A DNA stretch of 64,000 nucleotides from positions 54,172 to 118,171 of the forward strand of contig CANIII010000011.1 of assembly GCA_947467605.1 (NCBI GenBank), written 5' to 3'. This document shows, in pieces, positions 53,761 through 62,577 of this stretch. How positions within the stretch are numbered: position 1 is the stretch's first letter; each line of letters starts with the position of its first letter. The DNA is from Acidobacteriota bacterium (GTDB lineage Bacteria > Acidobacteriota > Vicinamibacteria > Vicinamibacterales > SCN-69-37). The position numbers and the translations under genes were made by a program. Below the pieces are notes generated by a model. The model made no database searches. It worked only from the letters and a program-made list of their open reading frames with translations, and was not told the DNA's origin.

Positions 53761-55056
53761 TCAACGCTGACCGAACGCGACCGCGCGACGCACGAGTTCC
53801 TGCGGCGGCAGGTCCACGGCCGCGTAGCCCTTGCGCGCGCGGATGTCGAGGCCCTTCGCCTGCGTCTTGACGTCGATGCTGCGGTACTTGCCGTCCATCA
53901 CGCCGTTCTCGGGCTGATAGCCGATGACGTAGTAGCTGCTCGTATCGCTCGCGACCATGCCAATGGCGCGGCCGATGTCGTCGATGCCGTGCACCATCAT
54001 GCCGCCGGTGCCGGCCGTCAGGATCGACGGACCTTCATCGCCGTTGTCGAACGCCAACGAGCGCGCCGCCGATGCCATCGTGACATCTGGGTTCCGGCCG
54101 ATCGTGTTGAAGAGGCCGCGGCCGTCGATCGTGTAGATCGTGGTGCCGCCCCTCGCGGTTTGGGCCGCGATGGTCTGCAACTGCTGACGCGATTCTTCCG
54201 TGAAGAAGCCCTCGGTCATGAGCACGAACGTCTTGCGACCGAGGAGGCGTGTGAGGTTGGCCGAGACGTAGCGAATGTTCTGCAGCGTCGTGTCGGTCAG
54301 CACGCGGGCAGAGCGCACGTAGAGCCGCGCTTTCTGCTGCATCAGGTTTTCGACCTGCTGCACACCGCCCTGCAGCTGGCACTGGAATGGATCGTCGCTG
54401 CAGGCTTTGGCGCCGAGCCGGTCGAGCAGTTCTCGCGCGCCTTCGGTGATGCGGAGCGCGTCATTCTCTGAAGGAATGCCGGGGAACTCGCGGAACGGCG
54501 CGAGCAGCGCCTGTCGGTTGTCGATGGCCGGCGAGGCCGAACGGATCGCCGCGAGCAGCTCGACTTTGTCGTCCGTCATGCGGCTCTTGTTCATCTGGCC
54601 GTTGGCGAAGACGCCGGCCATGTCGCCCGGCATCATCTGATTGCGGATGAAGTCTTCGGCGCCCTTCTTCACGCGCATCAGCGATTCGGCGGAGAGGTGG
54701 CCCTCGTCGAACATGAAGATGAAGAAGCGGCGCGCGCGCTCTTCGGCCTCGCTGCGCGACGCGGCGAGGTTGATCACGCCTTTGGTCGGGTCGTGTGTCA
54801 CGAGGTAGAACTGCTGAATCTTCTGGGGCTTGCCGTCTTCAAAGAGGCTGAGGTCTTCGGGGAGCAGGCCCGGCACGAAGCGGCCTTGCTTGTCGAGGAC
54901 GGTCACGTCCACTTCGACCAAGGCCGTCGACGACTTGAACATTGGCTGCTGCACGCCGGCCGGCGAAGGCGTTTGGCCGTGAAGCGAGAGCGGGCGGACC
55001 GATCCAAGCAGCAGGAAGACGGCGACGCCACCACACACAACGCGAGAAAAGCGCAT
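53761..55056 (-). CDS. Secreted VWA-type protein (medium form, 431 aa)
   Basis: It has a signal peptide and the motif PMFKSSTALVEVDVTVLDKQGRFVPGLLPEDLSL. The VWA-like core is FFIFMFDEGHLS. Confidence 0.8.
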   Translation of the reverse strand: MRFSRVVCGGVAVFLLLGSVRPLSLHGQTPSPAGVQQPMFKSSTALVEVDVTVLDKQGRFVPGLLPEDLSLFEDGKPQKIQQFYLVTHDPTKGVINLAASRSEAEERARRFFIFMFDEGHLSAESLMRVKKGAEDFIRNQMMPGDMAGVFANGQMNKSRMTDDKVELLAAIRSASPAIDNRQALLAPFREFPGIPSENDALRITEGARELLDRLGAKACSDDPFQCQLQGGVQQVENLMQQKARLYVRSARVLTDTTLQNIRYVSANLTRLLGRKTFVLMTEGFFTEESRQQLQTIAAQTARGGTTIYTIDGRGLFNTIGRNPDVTMASAARSLAFDNGDEGPSILTAGTGGMMVHGIDDIGRAIGMVASDTSSYYVIGYQPENGVMDGKYRSIDVKTQAKGLDIRARKGYAAVDLPPQELVRRAVAFGQR

Positions 55057-55140
55057 AAGGACTCCCGAGGTGAATTTTCAGTACTTTAGTCCGGCCGGCG
55101 GTCAACCACCAGCGTCCAATTCGCCGGGGGATAATCAGAT

Positions 55141-55992
55141 ATGCGGCTTCGCATCTCGCTGTGCGTGTTGGCGGTGTGTATGGCGGTGGGGCTCGTGGCT
55201 GCGCAGTCTGCCACGCGGTCCATCATGGTGACCGTACTTGGCAAGGACGGCGTGGCGCTCAGGGATCTCCTGCCGGGCGACTTCATCGTGCAGGAAGACG
55301 GCCAGCGGCGCGAGGTACAGAGCGCGACGCTCTCAACCGAGCCGATGGCGGTAACACTGATGATCGATATGTCCCGGATGGGCGGCGTCGATTTGCCGCT
55401 CAGAGACATCCGGGCCGGCATGACCGCGCTCGCCAAGGCCATTTACGCCGACAATCCCGAATCCAAAGTGGCGCTGATGGATTTCTCCGGTGCGGCCGTC
55501 ACCACCGTGAGTCTGACCTCCAACGGCGATGAGTTGATGAAGGCGACCAACCGCCTCACGACCAGCCAGCGCGCTTACGGCGTGATGCTCGAAGGTCTCG
55601 TGGATGTCGCGAAAGACATGGCCAAGGTGGCGATCCAGCGACGCGCCATTGTGGCCGTCAGTTTTGACGCCCCGGAGTCGAGCCGGAATCAGCCGCGCGA
55701 CGTGGCGATGGCCGTGCAAAAAACTGGTGCCGCGTTCTGGGCAGTGTCGATTGGACAGAACACCGCGCCACTTCGCGACGTCGTGCTCGAGAACCTGCCG
55801 CCGGCCACCGGTGGCATGCGCCTGACCGCGCTCTCGCCGACTGGCCTTGAGAAGATGCTGACCGACATCGGCACCGCGCTGACCTCGCAGTTCGTCGTCA
55901 CCTACAAAGTGCCCGACGGCAGCTCGGCCACCGTGATTCAAGCCGGCGCCAAGAAGGGCGACAAAGTGCTGCGAGCCTCATGGATGAAGTAG
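55141..55992 (+). CDS. Secreted VWA-type protein (small form, 283 aa)
   Basis: It has a signal peptide (MRLRISLCVLAVCMAVGLVAAQS). The body reads IMVTVLGKDGVALRDLLPGDFIVQEDGQRREV...MAVTLMIDMSRMGG...LTSNGDELMKAT, collinear with 43839..44774. Confidence 0.75.
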   Translation: MRLRISLCVLAVCMAVGLVAAQSATRSIMVTVLGKDGVALRDLLPGDFIVQEDGQRREVQSATLSTEPMAVTLMIDMSRMGGVDLPLRDIRAGMTALAKAIYADNPESKVALMDFSGAAVTTVSLTSNGDELMKATNRLTTSQRAYGVMLEGLVDVAKDMAKVAIQRRAIVAVSFDAPESSRNQPRDVAMAVQKTGAAFWAVSIGQNTAPLRDVVLENLPPATGGMRLTALSPTGLEKMLTDIGTALTSQFVVTYKVPDGSSATVIQAGAKKGDKVLRASWMK

Positions 55993-56014
55993 CACCCGCT
56001 TGATATCCTAGAGG

Positions 56015-57121
56015 GTGATGCTCAGAGCTGGAATCGTCGGACTGCCGAACGTCGGCAAGTCCACCCTCTTTAACGCCGTCACTCGCACCCGCAAGGCCGA
56101 GGCGGCCAACTATCCCTTCTGCACCATCGATCCCAACGTTGGGATTGTCGTGGTGCCCGATGCAAGGCTGTACGAACTGCAGAAGATCGCGAAGACGAAT
56201 GTCGTGATTCCTGCCGCGGTGGAGTTTGTCGACATCGCCGGGCTCGTGAAGGGCGCGAGCCAGGGCGAAGGCCTCGGCAACAAGTTCCTCACGCACATCC
56301 GCGAAGTGGATGCGATCGTGCAGGTGGTGCGCTGCTTCGAAGACGAAGACGTGCATCACGTGTCGGGCACGGTCGATCCGGTGCGCGACATCGAAGTGAT
56401 CAACACCGAGCTGATCCTCTCGGATCTCGACTCGGTCAAGAAGCGTCGCGACAAGCTCGCCAAAGACATCAAGCGCGGCGACAAGGCCGCGGCGGCCGAA
56501 GAGGCCGTGCTCGCCAAGATCGAGCCCGTGCTCGACAGCGGCAAGCCGGCACTGTTGACCGAGCTGACGCCGGAAGAACATGCGCTGTCGGCCGGCGCGT
56601 TTCTGCTCACCGACAAGCCCACCATCTTTGCGTGCAACGTGAAGGACTCCGACCTGGCCGGCGCGGCGACCAACGCGCACGTGCTGAAAGTGCGCGAGTA
56701 CGTGAAGACGCATCTGGCCTGCGAAGCCGTCGTGATCAGCGCGCAGATCGAATCGGATCTGACGGACCTCTCGCCCGAAGAGGCCGATGCGTTCCTGAAG
56801 GAACTCGGCGTCGACGAGAGCGGGCTCGGCGCGCTCATTCGCTCCACCTATCACTTGCTCGGCCTGCGGACGTACTTCACCGCCGGTGAAAAAGAAGTGC
56901 GCGCGTGGACGATCCATGCGGGCGACACCGCGCCGAAGGCCGCCGGTGTCATCCACAGCGACTTCGAGCGCGGTTTCATCAAAGCCGAAACCGTGGCCTA
57001 TGCGGACCTCGTCGCCTGCGGCTCGGTCGCCGCGGCCCGCGAAAAAGGTCTCTACCGCATGGAAGGCAAGGAATACGTCGTCGCCGACGGCGACGTGTTG
57101 CTGTTCAAATTCAACGTGTAG
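56015..57121 (+). CDS. ychF: Redox-regulated ribosome-binding ATPase YchF (Obg-like)
   Basis: The N-terminus is [18 protein letters not shown]. The C-terminal TGS-like region reads [30 protein letters not shown]...[19 protein letters not shown]. The start is either GTG 56015 or ATG 56018. Confidence 0.95.
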   Translation: MMLRAGIVGLPNVGKSTLFNAVTRTRKAEAANYPFCTIDPNVGIVVVPDARLYELQKIAKTNVVIPAAVEFVDIAGLVKGASQGEGLGNKFLTHIREVDAIVQVVRCFEDEDVHHVSGTVDPVRDIEVINTELILSDLDSVKKRRDKLAKDIKRGDKAAAAEEAVLAKIEPVLDSGKPALLTELTPEEHALSAGAFLLTDKPTIFACNVKDSDLAGAATNAHVLKVREYVKTHLACEAVVISAQIESDLTDLSPEEADAFLKELGVDESGLGALIRSTYHLLGLRTYFTAGEKEVRAWTIHAGDTAPKAAGVIHSDFERGFIKAETVAYADLVACGSVAAAREKGLYRMEGKEYVVADGDVLLFKFNV

Positions 57122-57136
57122 CACTATCCTCACGCC

Positions 57137-59917
57137 ATGCTGAGAGCCATTGCCGCGAGTCTTGTCGTGATCGCCGCCGTCGCCGCCTATGCGCAACAGG
57201 ACGTGAAGCGGGAAGAGGCGGAGTACTCCCCGCTCGGTTACTACGACCTCCGTGCCTACGAGCAGGCGTATCCGGGCGTGCCGGGCAGCACCATCGTCAT
57301 GCAGGCCACCGCAGGTCGCTACTGGGCGTATCGCGGCATCGCGTACCGCGGCGCCGATCCACTCGGCAATGTGTGGATGAGCCTCGGGCCCGAGACGAGC
57401 ATCGTGGACGCGGCCGGGACCCGCAACGTGTCGGGCCGCGTGGCGGCGATCGCGATTTCACCGACCTGCGAGGAACACGGCGCGTGCCGTGTGTGGGTGG
57501 GTGCCGGCGGCGGCGGCGTGTGGCGCTCCGACGATGGCATGAACACGACGGATCCGAAGTGGCGATGGGTCTCGAGAGGGCTGGGCACGAACAGCATCGG
57601 CAGCCTGGCGCTCGATCCGAGCGATCGCACCGGCAACACGATTTACGTGGGCACCGGTGAGACCAACACGCCGCAGAACTCCGGCGCCGGCACGGGTCTC
57701 TACAAATCAACTGACGGCGGTGACAACTGGTCGCGCGTGTCGACGATGGTGCTCGACACCTCCGTGTCTCCCACAGAAATCGATTTCACGGCCACGCGCG
57801 GCATCAGCACCGTGATCGTTGAGCCCACACATCCGCAGACGTTGTACGTCGCCACGACGACCGCGATGCTCGGCATGACGGCGGTGCGCGGCGGTCAAAC
57901 ACAGGTGACCGGGTACCCGCAGCCGCGTCCCGGTCTCTACAAGACCGAGAACGGCGGCCTCACATGGACGCTGATCTGGACGCCTCCGCTCGAGACGCTG
58001 TTCGTGCAGAGCACCAATCTCGGGCAGGGCGTGCGCGACACGATGTCCGGCGTGCGCCACGTGAAACTCGATCCCAGAGATCCGTCCATCATCTACGCGA
58101 CGGCATGGAACAACGCGATCCACCGCTCCGCCTCGTCGCTCGAAGGTGGCGACGCGTCCTTCAAGCCGGTGTTTACGATCGTCGGCGCCCAGCGCCAGCG
58201 TGACCTGGCGATGTTTGACCTCGTCGTCAAGGATGGCCACACACGTATCTATGTCTACAACGGCACGGAATCACTGACCGATCAGGGGCTGTATCGCGTC
58301 GACAATGCCGACACACCAGCGTCCTCGTTGGTGGTGGTGAACAACGGCCTGTTGTCCAACACGGGCGCCTGGATGAAACTTACGGTGAATTCGACGAGCG
58401 AACCGGGCGGCACCAGCCGCCAGCTCTGCGGAACGCAGTGTTTTTACGACCTGGTTGTGGCCAGTCCGCCGGACCAGCCCGATACTGTCTTGATCGCGGG
58501 TCAGCTCATTCCGACGTTTAGTGCGCCGACGCTCCGGTCCACCAACGCCGGCGGCAGTTTCTCGGATTTCGGATCCGACGCCGCCACGCCGCGCAACAAC
58601 AGCCACGTGGACGTGCGCGTCGTGGCGTTTCATCCGAAGAACTCCGACATTGCGTTTGTCGGTTCGGATGGCGGCGTCGTCCGAAACGACGGCACGTTCG
58701 TGAGCATCGCAAGTCGATGCTCGGCACTGTTCGGCACGGCGCCGTTGTGCAGCACGATGCTCGCGTCGGTGCCGTCGCGGATCTATTTCCTGAACAAGGG
58801 GCTGCAGACGTTGCAGTTCTACAACATCGCCCTCGATCCGAAGGCGCCGCTCAAGCGATTGATCGGTGGCCTTCAGGACAACAGCACCATCTGGCAGGAT
58901 GGCACCGGCGACGGTCGCACGTGGCGCACGCTGTTTGGATCGGGCGACGGCACATCGGCGTCCGGGTTTCATCCCACACGGTCGGAAGTGACGTTCGCGA
59001 GTTTTCAGAGCACGAACTTCTTCACCAACTTCCGCAACGGCGACACGAGCTTCTGGACGTTCACGGGCGGCCCGATCTCGGCCAGCAACGAGCTCGCCAC
59101 CGTGACAGCCTCGACCGGTCGGCAGTTCATTTCGTTCGACAGCGTTAATCCGAACACGCAGTTCACCGGGTTTCAGCACCTCTGGAGAACACAGAACAAC
59201 GGCGGCAGTCAGGCCACGCTCGAGGCGAGTTGCCGATCGTCCAGCAGCGCGACGTGCGGAGATTGGGTCCCGCTCGGCGTCACCTATCCGTTTGTGTCGG
59301 GATCCACACCGGCGACGGCCAGCCGGCTGCCGGGCGACCTGACGAGCGCGTTCTACGGCGCTGATCGCTCAGGCGGCATCATCGTGGCGGCAGAGCGCTC
59401 GGCCACTGACGGCGGCACGCTGTGGGCGGCGACGAGCTTCGGGCGGTTGTTCGTCTCGAAGAGCGCCGATGCTGCCGCGGCGTCCGTGCAGTTCAACCGG
59501 GTCGACACGGCGCTGATGCCCAACAGATTTGTGACGCGCATCCTCGTGGATCGCACGAATCCGAACGCGGCGATCATCGCGTACACGGGCTTCAACCAGA
59601 TCACGCCAACGACGCCCGGCCACATCTTCCGCGCCGTGTACGACCCGGCGACCGGCCGCGCGACGTTCACGCGCATTGACGCGGATCTGGGCGACATTCC
59701 GATCAACACCATCGCCTACGACGACCTCCGCGGTGACCTCTACGCGGGCACCGACTACGGCCCCATCATCCTCAAACGCGGCGCCACGAAGTGGGAAGGC
59801 GCCGGCCTCGGCTTCCCGGAAGCGCTGATCGTCGACTTGAAAATTGTGCCGGAGCAACGCACGCTCGTCGTTGCGACGCACGGGCTGGGGATCTTCTATC
59901 TCACGCTGCCGAAATAG
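57137..59917 (+). CDS. Secreted BNR/Asp-box repeat beta-propeller protein (sialidase/VPS10-like fold)
   Basis: A 926-aa ORF with a signal peptide. It carries several SxDxGxxW-type boxes: RSDDGMN, KSTDGGDNWSRV, KTENGGLTWTLI and STNAGGSF. Confidence 0.7.
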   Translation: MLRAIAASLVVIAAVAAYAQQDVKREEAEYSPLGYYDLRAYEQAYPGVPGSTIVMQATAGRYWAYRGIAYRGADPLGNVWMSLGPETSIVDAAGTRNVSGRVAAIAISPTCEEHGACRVWVGAGGGGVWRSDDGMNTTDPKWRWVSRGLGTNSIGSLALDPSDRTGNTIYVGTGETNTPQNSGAGTGLYKSTDGGDNWSRVSTMVLDTSVSPTEIDFTATRGISTVIVEPTHPQTLYVATTTAMLGMTAVRGGQTQVTGYPQPRPGLYKTENGGLTWTLIWTPPLETLFVQSTNLGQGVRDTMSGVRHVKLDPRDPSIIYATAWNNAIHRSASSLEGGDASFKPVFTIVGAQRQRDLAMFDLVVKDGHTRIYVYNGTESLTDQGLYRVDNADTPASSLVVVNNGLLSNTGAWMKLTVNSTSEPGGTSRQLCGTQCFYDLVVASPPDQPDTVLIAGQLIPTFSAPTLRSTNAGGSFSDFGSDAATPRNNSHVDVRVVAFHPKNSDIAFVGSDGGVVRNDGTFVSIASRCSALFGTAPLCSTMLASVPSRIYFLNKGLQTLQFYNIALDPKAPLKRLIGGLQDNSTIWQDGTGDGRTWRTLFGSGDGTSASGFHPTRSEVTFASFQSTNFFTNFRNGDTSFWTFTGGPISASNELATVTASTGRQFISFDSVNPNTQFTGFQHLWRTQNNGGSQATLEASCRSSSSATCGDWVPLGVTYPFVSGSTPATASRLPGDLTSAFYGADRSGGIIVAAERSATDGGTLWAATSFGRLFVSKSADAAAASVQFNRVDTALMPNRFVTRILVDRTNPNAAIIAYTGFNQITPTTPGHIFRAVYDPATGRATFTRIDADLGDIPINTIAYDDLRGDLYAGTDYGPIILKRGATKWEGAGLGFPEALIVDLKIVPEQRTLVVATHGLGIFYLTLPK

Positions 59918-60079
59918 ATCAAAGGCCATCAACATGGGGGGCCATGGGGGGCCGTAGGGAAGAACAAGATCAAACCCGACAGGCTTTCAAAGAGCTCTTC
60001 GAAAATCTGTCGGTTTTGGGGTTGTTCTTGACCTTCCCTATGGCCCCCCATGGCCCCCCATGTTGATGGGTGTTGATCT
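59916..60079. repeat. Long-palindrome intergenic repeat, copy C (~164 bp)
   Basis: The arms at 59927-59962 and 60033-60068 pair at 35/36 positions. The identical 28-nt core lies at 59985-60012. The outer termini TAGATCA...TGATCTA contain the stop codons of both convergent genes (59915-59917 and 60078-60080). Confidence 0.9.
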
Positions 60080-61175
60080 AGAATCGCAGCGCGATGCCGA
60101 ACGTGACGACGACGCGCGCCTGGAGGCGCGTGCTGCGGGCGACTTCGAGGTGGTCGAAGGTGTCACCGCTGAGGGATGAGCGGCGGCCAGTCGAGGCGTT
60201 GTTGCTGAACTGAATCGACGGGTTCGTGAACGACTCGATGAAGTCCGCAGGCGTGCCTGATGCCACAAGCGGCGATGCGTCGAGGTTGGTGGCGATCGTC
60301 CGGTTTGTGGCCAACATTCGCGCGTCGAGCCGAAAGCTCAATCGGTCAGCAAGCGTTCGCGTCAGTGCGCCGCCGATGACCACGACAGGCGCGGCGTTGG
60401 CGACGCTGCGAACGGTGACGCGATCGGTCTCGTCGATCGGCACGACACCGAGGATCTTCGTGCGATAGCGGCCTTCGAGCGACATCTCGGGTTCGGCGCC
60501 GGTGCGCGTGACCATGCCGGCGCCGAGCGTGATCGACGGCGTGATGCCCGCGACGCGGTCGAGTTCGACGTTGGCGGAAAGCGTCGTGGTGACGTCGCGC
60601 CAGCGGGCTTTCGGGAACGATGCCGTTGCGGTGACGTTCGTGCCGCTGAATGGGCCCGATGCGAAGAGGGCCGTCATCGCCTCGATGTAGCTCGCGCGAG
60701 TTTCGAGCGCGGTGTTCAGGAGGTCGTCAGGCACGCCGGTCGTGATGCCGGTGATGTCGATCGCGAGTTCTGTCCAGACATGCGGGGCCGTGCGGACGCG
60801 CAGTCGGCCGCCCATCCCGTTGTCGGCCTTCCCCAGGCGGCCGAGGCTTGCGATCGCGGTGTCGAGGGGCGTGATTCGCGCGGACAGGCCGAGTTGCGCA
60901 CTGACGTCATTGAGGAGCGCGGCGCCGTCACCGAAGAACCACGACGAGACGCGTCGGCTGGGGAACAGCGGGCTTGACGTCGTGATCGGCGCGCCGGCTG
61001 ATGGCAGCGACAGCGTCGCTTCACCGGCGCTCAGCAGAGTGCCGATCGAACTGTAGCCCTCAATTTCAATGCGTCGTCCGGCATTCGGCGACGGCGTTGC
61101 GGTCTGCGCGGCGGCGACTGCTGGCGCTGCGGCGAACAGGAGGGCGACGATCCAGCCGCTGATTCGTTTTGTCAT
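60078..61175 (-). CDS. Hypothetical outer-membrane beta-barrel protein
   Basis: It has a signal peptide (MTKRISGWIVALLFAAAPAVAAAQ), an alternating composition and a C-terminal ...VVVTFGIALRF ending in Phe. It starts 7 nt after the upstream MATE gene's stop. Confidence 0.6.
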   Translation of the reverse strand: MTKRISGWIVALLFAAAPAVAAAQTATPSPNAGRRIEIEGYSSIGTLLSAGEATLSLPSAGAPITTSSPLFPSRRVSSWFFGDGAALLNDVSAQLGLSARITPLDTAIASLGRLGKADNGMGGRLRVRTAPHVWTELAIDITGITTGVPDDLLNTALETRASYIEAMTALFASGPFSGTNVTATASFPKARWRDVTTTLSANVELDRVAGITPSITLGAGMVTRTGAEPEMSLEGRYRTKILGVVPIDETDRVTVRSVANAAPVVVIGGALTRTLADRLSFRLDARMLATNRTIATNLDASPLVASGTPADFIESFTNPSIQFSNNASTGRRSSLSGDTFDHLEVARSTRLQARVVVTFGIALRF

Positions 61176-61182
61176 CGTGCAC

Positions 61183-62577
61183 CTAGGCTGGCGCTTTGAC
61201 CGCGATGTTCTTCCACGCGCCTTGTCGAAACCTGAGTACGCTCAGCGTGGCGCGTGTCGCGTGACCGCACACAATCGCGAGCCAGATGTCGCTCGCCTGC
61301 AGGCCCCGCGTTCCGGTGAATGTTTGCGCGAATGTGCAGATGCCGATCGGCACAAGAACTTGCGACACGACCGAGATGTAGAGCGGGCTCTTGGTGTCGC
61401 CCGTGCCCTGCAGCGCTCCGGTGAACGACAGCGCGACCGTGACGAAGAGGCCCGAGACGGCCAGATACGCGAGCAGCTGACGACCGATGTCGCCAGCCAC
61501 GCCGTCGTTCAAATTGAAGATGCCCAGGAGTGGGCCCGGGATCAGGATGAAGGCGAGACCGACCACCGTGGCGACGCCGAGACCGATCTTTGCGGCCGCC
61601 GCTGCCGCCTGCGCGGCGCGTTCCGGCTGGCCGGCGCCGAGGTTCTGTCCGGCGGTGGCCGAGGCCGCTCCCATCAGACCGACCGACGTCCACGTGATCA
61701 TGGAAAACAACTGGGTGTAGCCAACTGCGTATGCGGCCTGCGCCTCGGCGCTGGTCGGCAGCGACCCGATGAATCGCACGAGCATCACGCCGGCGATGTT
61801 CATGGCGATGCCCTGCACACCGGCGGGTAAGCCAAAGCGGAACAGCTCGCGGATCACGGCCCAATCCGGCTTGAACGACATCGTCCGCGTGAATTTCACG
61901 ACGAGCCGGTCGGTGAAGAGCATCCAGAGCGCGACGATCGCCGTGATGCCGCTGGCCATCGCGGTGCCGATCGCGGCGCCCGATGCGCCGAACGCCGGAA
62001 TCGGTCCGAGCCCGCCGATGAGGACGATGTTGAAGCCGATGTTGAGCACCGTCAGCATGATGCCGAGGCGTAATGGCGTCTTGGCATCACCGGCGGCGCG
62101 CAAGGCGCCGCTCATCATGAAGAAGATCAGCATGCCGAAGCTGCAGACAAGCATGATGCGCAGAAATGGCAACGCGACGTGCTGTACCTCCGGTGCGGTG
62201 TGCACCATCGTGAGAAGCCACGGCGCCGCGAAGTACCCGACGGGCGCCATGACGAACATCGCCATGATCACCGCCGCGAGAAATGCCTGATACACCGTGC
62301 GGTTCACCGCTTCGGTGTTGCCTGCCCCGGCAAATCGCGACACCAGCACGCCCATGCCGGTGAACATCGAGCTCACGAACACGATCATCAGAATCCAGAG
62401 CTGCACACTGACGCCGATGGCGGCGTTGCCGGCGTGGCCGACGTAGTGGCCGACCATCGCGTGATCCACGACGCCTTGCATGCCGCCGATGATGTTCTGC
62501 AGCATCGTGGGCCAGGCGAGTTTCCAGACGGCGTTCTGCAGCGGACCGTCGACGATACTGCGGTCAAATGTCTTCAA
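61183..62577 (-). CDS. MATE family efflux transporter
   Basis: A 464-aa ORF with 12 hydrophobic segments. The N-terminus ...LAWPTMLQNIIGGMQGVVDHAMVGHYVG is the typical MatE pattern. Confidence 0.9.
   Translation of the reverse strand: MKTFDRSIVDGPLQNAVWKLAWPTMLQNIIGGMQGVVDHAMVGHYVGHAGNAAIGVSVQLWILMIVFVSSMFTGMGVLVSRFAGAGNTEAVNRTVYQAFLAAVIMAMFVMAPVGYFAAPWLLTMVHTAPEVQHVALPFLRIMLVCSFGMLIFFMMSGALRAAGDAKTPLRLGIMLTVLNIGFNIVLIGGLGPIPAFGASGAAIGTAMASGITAIVALWMLFTDRLVVKFTRTMSFKPDWAVIRELFRFGLPAGVQGIAMNIAGVMLVRFIGSLPTSAEAQAAYAVGYTQLFSMITWTSVGLMGAASATAGQNLGAGQPERAAQAAAAAAKIGLGVATVVGLAFILIPGPLLGIFNLNDGVAGDIGRQLLAYLAVSGLFVTVALSFTGALQGTGDTKSPLYISVVSQVLVPIGICTFAQTFTGTRGLQASDIWLAIVCGHATRATLSVLRFRQGAWKNIAVKAPA

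Noticed and set aside
55898-57196. A 432-aa ORF lies antisense to ychF.
   Set aside because: ychF on the plus strand is unambiguous. The antisense ORF is a GC-skew artefact.
32657-60079. I asked whether the conserved repeats could be a CRISPR array or a dispersed tRNA-like element.
   Set aside because: The copies are kilobases apart, so they are not regularly spaced with short spacers. Each unit is a ~130-160 bp long palindrome rather than a 25-40 bp direct repeat. No cas genes are present, and there are no cloverleaf or anticodon features.
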